DNA of 64,000 nt, from assembly GCF_009914755.1 (NCBI RefSeq), contig NC_060935.1. One strand, 5' to 3'. The DNA comes from the human T2T-CHM13v2.0 reference genome, Homo sapiens. Position 1 is the stretch's first letter, and every line of letters starts with the position of its first letter. This document shows, in pieces, positions 13,945 to 26,326 of the stretch. Position numbers and translations under genes: made by a program. The notes beneath the pieces were generated by a model, which did no database searches, was not told where the DNA came from, and saw nothing but the letters and a program-made list of their open reading frames with translations.

Positions 13945-15060
13945 GATCAAATCTGTCAGCAAATCCCTTTGGTTCTTCCTTCAAAGTAAATTTGGAATCT
14001 GGTCTTCTTGCCCCTCCAAGGCTACCCCCTGGTCCAAGTCACTTGGACCCTGTGCCTGGATGGCGGCCAGAGCCTCCTAATTGGTCTCGCAGCTTCCATC
14101 CTTGTCTTCTGCTGTCTAGTTTCAACAGGGCAGTCTGAGTAGTGCTTTTAAAAACCTAAGTCAGAGGGAGCCGTTCCTTTGTTCAGAACGGTGCAGAGCA
14201 TTCCATCTCACTGAGAATGAAAGCCAACACCCTCTCCATGACTCATGGTGCTCTCCGGGGTCTGGCCTCGTTGTTACACTTTGACTTAATCTTCACTCTT
14301 CCTTTTGCTTGCTTATACAGTTTGGATTTGTGTCCCCACCCAAATGTCATGTCATATTGTAATCCCCAGTGTTGGAGGAGGGGCCTGGTAGGAGGTGATT
14401 GGATCACAGGGGTGGATTTCCCCCTTGCTGTTCTTGTGATGGTGAGTTCTCACGAGATTTGGTTGTTTGAAAGTGTGTATCACCTCCTCCTTCACTTCTT
14501 CCTCCTGCTCTGGCCATCTAATATGGGCCTACTTCCCCTTTGCCTTCCACCATGATTGTAAGTTTTCTGAGGCCTCCCCAGCTGTGCCTGCCTACAGAAC
14601 CGTGAGTCAATTAAACTTCTTTCCTTTTTACCCCGTCTCACGTACTTCTTTATAGTAATGAGAGAATGGATGAGTGCACTTGTGCTGGCCTCTTTGCTGT
14701 TCCTGAAACTCACCAGGCATGCTCCTGCCTCAGGGTCTTTGCACTTATGCAGTTCCCTCTGCCTGGGATGTCCTGTCCTCGGTCCCTCCCCTGCTTCAAG
14801 ACATTGCTCGGTGGCCACCTTCTTGGGGACTGACCATCTTATTTAAAATGTGCACCCCACGCCTATAGGAGTACTTTATATCCCTCTCCCTGTTTTACCT
14901 GGCTGTAGAGTGCCTATCTCCATCTGACATGATTCATCTTTATTTGTTCATTTCATGTCTCCTCCACTAGAATGTCAGCCCCATGAAGTCTTAGCTATTT
15001 GTTTTATTGACTGATGTATCAATGCCTAGTGCACAGATATTTAAAATTTGTTGAACATAT
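13945..15060 (+). mobile_element. L2 3' region interrupted by an MSTA LTR
   Basis: 'caaatctgtcagcaaatcc...' continuing after the LTR with 'gctggcctctttgctgttcctgaaactcaccaggcatgctcctgcctcagggtctttgcac' to the tail 'aaatttgttgaa'. Confidence 0.75.
14313..14678 (+). mobile_element. MSTA-type MaLR solo LTR
   Basis: 'gtttggatttgtgtccccacccaaat...gttctcacgagatttggttg...ccatgattgtaagtt...'; 5-bp TSD cttgc/cttgt. Confidence 0.88.
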
Positions 15061-15277
15061 ATATGTATGTAATGAGTGCATGTAATAAATAGTGCTGTGA
15101 TAATCTTCAAGAAGCACATGATCAAATAGGAACTATATCTAAAAATAAATAATGAGCTATGTTTTAAGAAAGCTAGAAATAAATATGGTAGCCCAAAGGG
15201 TAGAAAATTCATTTTGCCTGGTTGAATGAGTGGCTAAAATCACAGTCCTACAATTTCAGGTGTGTCATGTTGGAAAA

Positions 15278-17539
15278 TGTATTAGTCAGTTTTCACACTG
15301 CTGATAAAGACATACTCGAGAATGGGAAGAAAAACAGGTTTAATTGGACTTACAGTTCCACATGGGTGGGGAGGCCTCAGAATCATGGAGGGAGGTGAAA
15401 GGCACTTCTTAAATGGAGATGGCAAGAGAAAAATGAGGAAAATGCAAAAGTGAAAACGCCTGATATAACCATCAGATCTTGTGAGACATATTCACTACCC
15501 CTAGAACAGTAAGGGGGAAACCACCCTCATGATTAAAATTATCTCCTATTGGGTCCCTCCCACAACACGTGGGAATTATTGGAGTATAATTCAAGACGGG
15601 ATTTGGGTGGGAACAGAGCCAAACCATATCATTCTGCTCCTGGCCCCTCCAAATCTAAGGTTCTCATATTTCAAAACCTATCAGGCCTTCCCCTCAGTCC
15701 CCCAAATTCTTAACTCATTTCACCATTAACCCAAAAGTCCACAGTCCAAACTCTCATCTGAGACAAGGCAAATCCCTTCTACCTATGAGCCTGTAAAATC
15801 AAAAGCAAGCTAGTTACTCCCTAGATAAAATGAGGGTACAGGTATTGGGTAAATACAGCCATTCCAAATGGGAGAAATTGACCAAAACAAAGGGGTTACA
15901 AGGCCCATGCAAGTCTGAAATCCAGTGGGGCAAATTGTAAAGCTGCAAAATGATCTCCTTTGACTCCAGGTCTCATATCCAGGTCATGCTGATGCAAGAG
16001 GTGGGTTCCCATGGTCTTGGGTAGCTCTATCCTTGTGGCTTTGCAGGGTACAGCCTCCCTCCCAGCTGCTTTCACAGGCTGACATTGAGTGTCTGCGGCT
16101 CTTCCAGGTGAACGGTGCAAGCTGTTGGTGGATCTACCATTCTGGGATCTGGAGGGCGATGGCCCTCCTCTCACAGCTCCACTAGGCAGTGCCCTAGTAG
16201 GGACTCTGTATGAGGGCTCTGACCCCACATTTCCCTTCTGCACTGCTTTAGCAGAAGTTCTCCATGAGGTTCCCACCCCTGCAGCAAACTTCTGCCTGGG
16301 CATCCAGGAGTTTCCATACATTTTCTGAAATCTAGGTGGAGGTTCCCAAACCCCAATTCTTGACTTCTGTGCACTCTCAGGCTCAACACCACATGGAAGC
16401 TGCCAAGGCTTGGGGCTTGCACCCCATGAAGCCATGGCCTGAGCTCTACATTGGCCCCTTTCAGCCATGGCTGTAGCGGCTGGGATGCAGGGCACCAAGT
16501 CCCTAGGCTGCACACAGCGTGGGGACCCTGGGCCCGTCCCATGAAACCATTTTCTCCTAGGCCTATGGGCCTGTGATAGGAAGGGCTGCCACGAAAACCT
16601 CTGACATGCCCTAGAGAATTTTCTCCATCATCGTGGGGATTAACATTCGACTCCTCATTACTTATGCAAATTTCTGCAGCCAGCTTGTATTTTTCCTCAG
16701 AAAATGGGCTTTTCTTTTCTATTACATTGTCAGGCTGCATATTTTCTGAACTTTTATGCTTGGCTTCCCTTATAAAACTGAATGCCTTTAATGGCACCCA
16801 AGTCACATCTAGAATGCTTTGCTCCTTAGAAATTTCTTCCACTAGATACCCTAGATCATCTATGTCAAGTTCAAAGTTCCACAAATCTCTAGGGCAGGGG
16901 CAAAATGCTGCCAGTCTGTTTGCTAAAACATAACAAGAATCTCCTTTGCTCCATTTCCAAACAAGTTCCTTATCTCCATCTGAGACAACCTCAGCCTGGA
17001 CCTTATTGTCCATATCACTATCAGGCTTCTGGTCAAAGCCATTCAACAAGTCTCTAGGAAGTTCCAAACTTTCCCACATTTTCGTGTCTTCTTCTGGGCC
17101 CTCTAACCTCTCCCTGTTGCCAAGTTCCAAAGTCACTTCCACATCTTTGGGTATCTTTTTAGCAACTCTACTGGTACCAATTTACTGTATTAGTCTGTTT
17201 TCATGCTGCTGATAAAGACATACCCAAGACTGGGAAGAAAAAGAGGTTTAACTGGACTTACAGTTCCACATGGCTGGGAAGATCTCAGAATCATGGCAGG
17301 AAGTAAAAGGCACTTCTTACATGGCAGTGGTAAGAGAAGAATGAGGAAGATGCAAAAGTGAAAATCCCTGATAAAACCATCAGATCTCATGAGACACATT
17401 CACTTCCATGAGAACAGTATGGGGGAAACCACCCCCATGATTCAAATTATCTCCCACCGGGTCCCTCCCACAACACATAGGAATTATGGGAGTACAATTC
17501 AAGATGATATGTGGGTGGGGACACAGCAAAACCATATCA
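15278..17539 (-). mobile_element. full-length THE1A MaLR provirus (LTR-internal-LTR)
   Basis: two ~354-bp LTRs (15278-15631, 17186-17539), each 'tgtattagtc...aaccatatca'; internal region between them; perfect TSD GAAAA at 15273-15277 and 17540-17544. Confidence 0.95.
15896..17142 (-). pseudogene. THE1 internal (MaLR gag-derived) ORF remnant, frameshifted at ~16619
   Basis: ORF 17142-16171 (MWESLELPRDLLNGFDQ...LAAFCPCPRDLWNFEL) and ORF 16513-15896 (QPRDLVPC...KPWQLP...MGTHLLHQ) match consecutive parts of the MaLR internal ORF. Confidence 0.8.
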
Positions 17540-18779
17540 GAAAAGAACTGCAATCCACGTCTAAATGAGAAAATGGTTCCTTGCTATAGGATTTCTCAGC
17601 TAGACTAAGAAAGTCTTTTGGGAATTGGTGGGATGGTGCACAGTTTGTGTGTTTCACTGAGTCTTGATAATTATTCCAACTGGGAATCCCTCTCCATCTT
17701 CCCCAAATCTCACAAATTCCAGTGATAAACTCCACTCCATGTCTCAAACAGGGACTATTTTTGAGAACCATGCATGCTCTTTCCAGATATCAGTGGACAG
17801 CATCCAGGGGGGCAGAGTCAGTGTAATTTCTCATGGCTGATTTTGACAGGAGATGTCAGGTTAGTCTTAGTTATCCTGGAGCCTAACTGGATCTTGGGAA
17901 TAAATCTCTTATTTTGGTAGCACTTTCAAATAAGTGGCAGCAGTTCATGCATAATTACTTCTGAATTATCTAGGGGATTTATCAGGTTTGATTATAGATG
18001 CATAATGAATTTACCAAATTTGTGGGTATTATGGAGATATTAATTCCATATGAAACCTCACAATTCATTCATGTGCCATTTGTTTTCATTCCTTTTTTAT
18101 AATAAGCTAATTAGTTTAAATTATTTGTACTTGTACAAGGTCTTGAAACACATATTAGGAATGATTATACCAGAGAACCCAATAAATGAGAAGTTTTGGA
18201 GACAGCATTAATTGTGATGAAGGGTTCATAAAGCAGTGGATGTTCAATTTTCCCATTTGGGGTGGTAATAACAGGTCTAATCATGACACCTCCATAAAGT
18301 CATGGGAAGTCCCTAATGAAAGTTTCTGAATTCAGATATTTAAATGATGGTAGGGTAAGTCATTATGCCAATGGGAGAATGAGGCAAAAAGCGGAGTTCA
18401 TCCTTGTGCTAACCAAAGAAAAGATGAAATGGTGAGGGCTCATCAATTCTGGGCCAGGAGGAAGATAGGCACTAGTAGGTCTGATCTGTCTGGAGGATTC
18501 CTTTAAGAAAACCCAAGGTTCTGGAGGTCACTGGCAGGCTGGAATTTCAGCCCCTCAGAGTGAAGGGATGGGCTTCTTTGGTTGAGTTCCGGTGTCTGTT
18601 AACCCCCCACCCCTTGTTCTTTGTGTGAAACCAGCACCCACTGGCCAAAAAGCCCGGGTTGGGGTCTCTGTGGGTTGATGGATATAAACCATCTTCTTTA
18701 CTTAGGGCACAAAGAAGAACCAAGACAGGAGAGGAAGCCTGGGCCAAGCCTGCCTAGGGAGTCTATCGTGGTAGGAACA

Positions 18780-19020
18780 AGAGCTACCATGCCTTGAGCC
18801 CATTCTAAATGGTAGGCAAGTGCTAGATATTTGGCTCACACATTTCATCCTCATAACAGCCCTATGGTGTAGAGAATATCATTATCTCCACTTCACAGGT
18901 CAGGGGGCTGTGGACAAGAGGTCAGGCCATTTGCCAAAGTCCTCCACTCAATCTATAGGTAGCGGGGCTGGGTTCCTAAGGATGTCTGATTCTGAAGCCT
19001 GGTCCTTGATCTCTGTGCTC
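18780..19020 (-). mobile_element. MIR
   Basis: 'catttcatcctcataacagccctatggtgtag...cattatctccacttcacagg...ccatttgccaaagtc'. Confidence 0.75.
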
Positions 19021-19729
19021 CATGACCTTCTGTAATCCCCACAGTCTCCCAAACATCAATGCTGTCATTACAACCCCATCACCTACCCTTACCCTTACCA
19101 CACCAAAGAGTTACTCTTTTTTGAAATCTGAATCTCAGATTTTCACTTTCCAGGCAATTCACCAGGACAGAGGCCTTTCAACTTTCCTCCCTGAGATCTT
19201 CCTCCGTGAACCAACAACAAAAGGACCAGCCACCTCACTGGTCCTCTGTTGCCAGTAGAAAAAGCCCTACAAGGATTAATGCAAGAAGAAGTTCTGCTTT
19301 GGGTGAGACATCAGTTTAATTTATATTTGATTAAAAAAGTCATTCATTCATGCATTCAGCAGCCAGTATTTGTTAAATGTCTCCTACACTCTTAATTGGG
19401 TTTTGTCGGGTTGTGGGGGTGGGGGAGGGGAAAAAGAGAGCAGGTATAATAAAGCTTATGCCAGACACCTTGTTTGTAATTGTCTTGTGAGGAATATATG
19501 TACACAACTGAAAAGTTAAGTAAACAAGAGAATGATGGAATAACTAGGCAAGTGAGAGAGGCAGACAGTGCACTATCTACAGAATCCAACGGAGGAGGCG
19601 GTACTGGGGCCCGTGGTGGCAGAGGATGACGGCTTTGCAGAGGCAGAGGAACGACTGACTTGCTCAGTGAAGGATGGGCAGACTTGGGGTGGCAGAAGAG
19701 GCACCAGCTGGACCCGCCCAGGAAGCCAA

Positions 19730-19900
19730 GCCCCTGTGCTGCCTCAATTTGACCTTGTGGGGAATCACTCTCTAGAGCCTCACCGTCTTTGCTGTAAGAT
19801 GGAGATAATGATACCTCATGGGGTTGTCATGAAATTCAAATCAAGAAATGGATATGAAATGGTTCTGAAAGATGTAAAGAGCAATATAAACACCAGATAC
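19730..19900 (+). mobile_element. MIR
   Basis: 'gagcctcaccgtctttgctgtaagatggagataatgatacctcatggggttgtcatgaaattcaaat'. Confidence 0.7.
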
Positions 19901-22549
19901 GGAATGAGAAAAAAGCGGCACCGGAAGTGGCATTTTGCAAACTCCAATCCCCCAGGACCACATGTGAAGGAGCTCTTTTCAAGGTCACACGGACACTCTG
20001 ACCCGACTCTCTCCTGGCAGCATTCAATGTGACACGCCAGGGCAATGAGAAACGGGAGGGGCTGCGTGAGACATGGCAAGGCTGAGGCCAAGCCCCAAAG
20101 TTCACGGACATTCCATAAAAAGTGCACGGTGGAACCTGAGAAGGTGGAGAAGGGCAGGGATGCCCCTGGCACTTTTTTCGTCTCTGGTGCTATCAAACAG
20201 AAAATGTCACCTTTGTTCCTCTATAGCCATTTTTAGTTGCACCAAAGGGGGGAGTTGAAAAATAGACCTTGTAGCTGCCTCCATGCGATTCAGGGGAAGG
20301 TGATACCACTTCTGCCTAGAGGGTGACCCCCACGCCCAGCACATATCTCACCCTCAGTCACAGCGAGGCCACAGCCCTCGATTCTAGAATCTGATGTCCT
20401 TGAATCTCCCTATCACGGGCTCCCAGTTTCAAGGGCCTCTGGACACATGAATTTCTACTTTGAGAATCAGTTTGGCTGTGTTTCGGTATCTGCATTCAGC
20501 TTCACAAGGCTGGTGAGCGAGGGCTCGTGGTTGGGACACCTGACAGGGCGGGGAAGACCTCCACTGGGGACACTGATTTTATTGCTAGAAGTTGCTAAAG
20601 GATGAGCAACTTAGCAGCTAGGACTTTTACCACTTCAGTGATAGAATGTAAAGTCAACCCCGAGAAGATGGATCTAGGATACCTAAACTGAAAGTTTTTT
20701 TTTTTTTTTTTCACAGCATATTGCAATGCAACAGTGAAAGGAATTTTAAATGGGCAGCTTCTCCTTTTCTCCTACCTCCAGGCATCTGCCTCTGAAATGT
20801 TGAAGGTGGAGGGAGATAGGATTGGCCTTTCTGGGAAGACCTCTAAGAAAGGGGTTTCCATTGAGAAGAAACTACGGGTAACAGTTAAAGAGGAAGAGCA
20901 TGTGTAATGTAGGAAGCGCTTTTGCTTCAGATAGATGTCCTTCCCTCACCCCAGAGCACAGTAACCCTAATGCTATGTCCTGCATCTGTCTGGAGGGGTT
21001 GTCTAGCCTGGCCCACATCCTGAGCCCTCTCCACATGGGCAACCACACAGCCGACATCGTGAGAGGTCTGAGCCCCTCAGACTCTTGAAGGTCAATGGAT
21101 ATTGTGTATCTTTTTTCTACACTGCTTCAATGCTTTTCAACCATTATTTTTTTTTATTTTTTTATTTTTTTACAACCTTGAGTGTTTTAACGATTTGCTT
21201 CTTTAAAGGCTTTGCTTCCCTCTGAATATTATGACTAGCCTATTGGGTCAGAGGCCAGGAGTCTGCAGAGGACCATTCATTCACCCCAGAGGCCGCTCCT
21301 TGCTTTTATCCTGTCCTCAACATGATAGCTCAAACTGCCAGATTTTACATAGGAGGAAGGAAGACACCGAAAGATGTTCCTAGCTGGCACAGGCTGTGCT
21401 GAACACAGGTCTCACCCCACTGTGGGCAGGTGGTGGTGGAGCACATCTGTCTCTCTCCGTGTTGGTGGCTGTGATTTGGCAGCTCTGCCGAAGATTTGTG
21501 AGATGGAGAAGAAAGTGCAGGGTTGGGGTACGGGGAAAGGGGTAAGAAAGGAGATTAGTCACTTGAGTCAGGATAATTTTTCCTGATGTCAAAGCCTCAC
21601 CCAGGAGAGCTCTCGCTGTTGCCTGCTTTTATCTGGAAAACAATGTGAGCAGTATCTCTCAAAATTAGGTCAGGGCTTGCAGAGGCAGGGACTTGCCAAG
21701 GTGCTAACTGCCTGAATCCTCGGTGGGTTTGCACAGCTCTCTGCTCTGACAAATGCCTCCTTTGTCTCCCTGAAAAGCCTGCCTCTTTTCTCCTTCACCC
21801 CTCCACTCCCCCCACAAACAACTGAATTTGGAAGGTTAAAAATCACTTCACTTGTCAACTCGAAAGCTCTCCCTCCCACCTCAAGTTGTTTCTCTTCCTG
21901 CCCAGGGAAGGCAGCTACTGTGTGTCCCCCTGGGGACTGGAACCACTTTGCAAAGAGCGCAGATCTGCAGTTTTCACAACGCAGTTGTCATCTCGGGAGC
22001 AGTGTGTGCCCGTCCACCCTGGGAGAGGCTTATGAAGGCTGTGTCTCAAGCATTTCAGGGGGCTGCAGATTTAGGGGGACAGTCCTGGTGGCTTGGTCTT
22101 AGGCTTGTCTTGGCTCAGGTTTCTGTGTGGCAACAGCATGATAAAAATTCTGTCCACTCTACCAAAATGGGAGAAGCAATAGCAAGACAGCAGGGCAGCA
22201 ACAGTCAGTTCTTGTCTGGCTTTCCAGGACAACGTGACTTTCTCTTATTTTTTGTTCCTGACACTGTTTGCACTGACTAAGATATCACGATGATGAAACA
22301 CTGTTGAATCTAAAAGGTGGGTGGGGCTGAAGGAGGGGTGGGAGGAGGCCTTAGAAGCTAATTAGAATCCTCTAGAAGTGTGTGGAAATGGGAACCTGAG
22401 CCAGGAGAGTCCTGTGGATTCACTAGATTCTGGGACTATACCTTATCTATGCTGTGCAAAGGAATAAGAAACTAGTGCTGTCTCGGGAACCAGCAACACA
22501 GATGTTCCCAGGAGCAATGTTTGCAGGTGAGTGAGGTCAGGGAGGGCTA

Positions 22550-22735
22550 CAGAGTTAGGACTCCGAAGTCAGAAAGATGCCTGTTGGTTCTGCCGTTCAT
22601 ATCTGTGAGATATCAGGCTGGTTTCTTAACCATAACCTCCATGATTCAGTTTCTTCATTTGCAAAATAATTTAAATAAGATAATATGTTGAAAACTCTTA
22701 GCACCCAATAAGCCTTCAAAATTATAATTGTTTTG
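22550..22735 (+). mobile_element. MIR
   Basis: 'ttcagtttcttcatttgcaaaat...aaaactcttagcac'. Confidence 0.6.
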
Positions 22736-23124
22736 TATGTTTTGGCAAGAAAATAGAATAATATTATTATTGGAGTCTCTGGAAAACCTAGGTTTCCAAA
22801 CCTTTCACCTTAAGTAGATTTTTATAAAATGAGACTTCACGTGGAATCTCAACATACAAAATTGGCATAAGTGGGGGATAAGGCAGCAGGTGACAGTGGT
22901 TGCGTGCTCCTGGGCACCGCCTGCCCAGCCCCTGCACTGATTGTCTTACCCACAGGGGCAGTTTAAATCTTCATGCTTTTACCACCTTATACTGAGTAAG
23001 AAGATGAATTTGCACAGATTTCTCCCTGCATAATTTCTCCGTATCTTTAGCACAGTTTGGTGATGACTTTTAAGCTTTGACATCATGTACTCATAACCTA
23101 TCTCTTATGAAAATAAATGAAACT

Positions 23125-23438
23125 GGCTAGGCGTGGTGGCTCATGCCTGTGGTCCCAGCACTTTGGGAGGCCAAGGTGTGTGCATCGCTTGGGGCTGGGA
23201 GTCCCAGACCAGCCTGGCTGTCGTGGTGGGACCCCGTCTCTACTAGGAATACAGGGGTTGGCTGGGCATGGTGGTGTGTGCTTGTGGTCCTGGCTGCTTG
23301 GGAGGCTGAGGCATGAGAGTGGCTTGAACCCAGGAGGCTAGGGTTGTGGTGAGCTGAGATCATGCCACTGCACTCCATCCAGCCTGGGCAATGGAGTGAG
23401 ACTGTGTCTCAAAAAAAAAGAAACAAAAAAAAACAGAA
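23125..23438 (+). mobile_element. full-length Alu (S-like) with A>G hypermutation
   Basis: Alu dimer with A-tail 23411-23438; TSD 'aaaataaatgaaac' at 23110-23123 and 23439-23452; central linker TACTAAAAATACAAAAATTAG reads TACTAGGAATACAGGGGTTGG. Confidence 0.95.
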
Positions 23439-23592
23439 AAAATAAATGAAACCATGATTTTCTCTCACACTGTATTGTGTTTAATTTTCATTTGTTTATT
23501 CTATAAACATGACAGGCTTTTGAACTTTGTATTACCTATATATTTTATAATAGATCATGCATAATCTCTCAGGAGAATAAAATGAGAATTCC

Positions 23593-23602
23593 AAATAAAT
23601 AA

Positions 23603-23634
<32 letters not shown>

Positions 23635-23636
23635 AT
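23593..23636. repeat. (TAAA)n microsatellite
   Basis: seen directly. Confidence 0.9.
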
Positions 23637-26049
23637 CTTCATGGAATCTCAAGGCTCTGAGGGGCCTAGTTAGACAACTGCTGGTTTAAAATATTAGAGA
23701 AATAGTGGGCCAGTTCCAAAAAAGTAGAGCCCTGATGACATCCAGCCAGTTAACATGTTTTAGTAACCAAGCAAACCAACCCAGAAAGACATGGATCAGG
23801 AGAAACCTCCATATGTGGCAGGGCACAGGTCTGAGAGGTGAGTGCTGGAGGAACCAAGGCCAGAGTGGGACAAGCTGTTTAGCAAAGAAGGGCAGTGTCA
23901 TTCCTCTTCTCACCCAGTGTGGGGCTGGGACGTGTGGGAACTCAGGGCCTGTAGATGGGTTGGGGGTGAGGTGGAGTAGGGAGATGGAGACAATGACACA
24001 GAGACAGTCCGTCCCCAGCCCAAAGAGGACTGCGCTAGCTTGGGAGGGAATGAGACTCAGTTGGCATTTCTGCACATGGTCTGGGTGGACCTGCGCAACT
24101 CTGATTGTGTCCATGTAGAAACCTGTGCTGTGTTCAGTCACTGTAATGCTTTTGTAGTTCTATGGCTTTTTCCCCTTTTGCTTCCCCTTAGTTTTCAGAG
24201 AAATTCCAATCAGGCTTTACTGCTATCTACCGGAAGAGACAAGAAGGTAATTTGACCAGATCAAGACCACCCAGCCCAGCAGAGCGCAATTCATGACCAG
24301 TCCACAGAGCTCTCCTCCCGGATCCCATCAGTTTCACAGAGAAGATGGCATTGCCAAAGCCTGGGGCTGCTCACCCAATCCCTTTGTGTCTGTCACAGCT
24401 CTCCCATTTCTGGAGGAGTCGAGTTAGCCCCTCCTTCTCCTTTGAATCTCTTCTCTTTAAGACTCGCAGCTTCAATACCCAAATGCTGCCATGTCTGTAG
24501 TGGTAATGCTTGGAATAACAAGTAGTTATTGTCATACAAGAAGAATAAGGAAGCTTTTGATGATCTCGAATAATGTGGATATCTACATCATTTTTGCATG
24601 TCAGTGGGTATACCCAGCTTTGAGGGAATGGTTATTTTTATACCTTTCAAGACTTGGTATGCTTAATTATCTAGGGAAACTCATAACCCCAACTTCCTAA
24701 GCCACTCCTAAAGAAAAAGCACAGATGCAGTGACTAAAAACTTTCTGGCCTCCTTATACTTCATCTCAGGGCTGGAGGTGACTCAGATGTACCTTGCTAT
24801 TTTCATGATCCATTGGTGTCTCAGTAATGAATGTTCACCACTGCAGTGCCCTCATTTAGCCTAATAACCTCAGTAAGGTAATGTTTGATTTGTGCTAAGT
24901 ATCTGATTAAACAACATAAAGTATTTAACCTATTGATCTTTTATACTTTGCCAGCCCTACATTGCTGGATATACTTTAATTACTGACTCGGAGAGCTTTC
25001 CTGAATGGGATCTGCATCTCGTTAAGACTTTTTCTTTGTCTTTAAGGTGCCATATCAACAGCTTCTCCTTCTTGTTGCCTCTAGGCTTTTCTTCCACTTC
25101 CTGCTCCTCCGCCAGACCCTGCTTGATTCTGCAAGACTGACGTTTGGTTAATCTACTGAAAGTAGAGTCCTTTATGTAACCATGAATCTTACTGCTTATT
25201 TTAGAAAGTCAATGACCACATAAACAATCGGACTTGTTACTTTGTCCACCCTGATCTTTGGAGCATGGGAAGTTGTCCAAAGTGACAACCCCATTTTAGG
25301 CAGTTGGTCACAGCTGTTGGATGGACCTAACCCTTCTATCTCACAAGGAGACGAGGCCAGTGGGCATCCATCAAGAGAAATTATAGGAAACCATTTAGAC
25401 TGGCCAATTGGTTAGCTAATTGCTCTAGTCTAAACCACTTCTTAGAAAACTACAGAAAATGATACATTTTCCCTCTTGCCTGCAAGGATATAGTCATGAA
25501 CGTTAATAATAATTAGCTGCTTTACATGCTGTCTTTTCTTCAAGAATCTCAGACATGGTGAGTTTATTTATTTTTTCTCTTATTTTAAAACTAGATCTAC
25601 AAAGGCTGAGATAGCTTCTCCATGGGTCCTCCCAAAATGAGAGTGACACCTCATAGGATTAAGAGAATTCAATGAGAAAATTCATATTGAACACTTATCA
25701 TAATGCCACTGAGTAAGCACTCAAAAAATAGGAGTTATACTATTAGTTATTATTAGTTATATCATCTAAGAAGCCTGCGACTTGTGGGTTGCCCATGAAT
25801 TTCTGAATAGAGTCAGGCTGGGAGGAAGGCACACTGGTCCAAGTGTCTAGTTACTTTGTCCAGACCACCTGATAAAGACTGTCTCACCCTGTGTGCCAAC
25901 ATCCTTTGGTCTCTGCTGGCCCATCACACATAGGTCTTGGACAAAAAAGAGTGGTTTGTGGAGGATTAAAGGTCATGAAAAGGCGAACATTCACCTTCAC
26001 TCAAGATGCTGCCCGAAGTCAGATCAGAAGCAGAGTCAGAATGGCTCTC

Positions 26050-26228
26050 TAAACAGCTTCTCAAAGGATGCCTTCCACGGGCTGATGTGCTTGATAACAA
26101 TGCAAATGCAAGGAACATGCCCCAGACAACTGAACTGGAATTTCTATGAGCACAGCCCAGGAATTTGCAATTAAATCAAGCTCGTGGGTGATTCTTATGT
26201 TCAATAAAGTTTGAGAAGCATACTACTA
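26050..26228. mobile_element. MER5-type hAT DNA transposon
   Basis: 'gcccaggaatttgcaattaaatcaagctcgtgggtgattcttatgttcaataaagtttgagaagc'. Confidence 0.6.
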
Positions 26229-26326
26229 AGTGTTGCCTTTAAAGGCAACTCGAAAACTTGCAGAAAACATCTAAAGAAGGCTGGAGGTGGCCTGGTGCTT
26301 ATTGTATAAGAGCATCTGGCAAGCTC

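Noticed and set aside
16610-16630. Programmed -1 frameshift joining the two THE1 ORFs
   Set aside because: A AAT TCT is not a canonical X XXY YYZ slippery site; a 1-bp deletion explains it more simply
16171-17142. 323-aa ORF as a host protein-coding gene
   Set aside because: It lies wholly within the THE1A internal region; it is a retroelement remnant, and its C-terminal half is out of frame with the ancestral ORF
17438-17449. DUX4 site in the THE1 LTR
   Set aside because: The minus strand reads TAATTTGAATCA, one base longer than the TAAYYBAATCA motif
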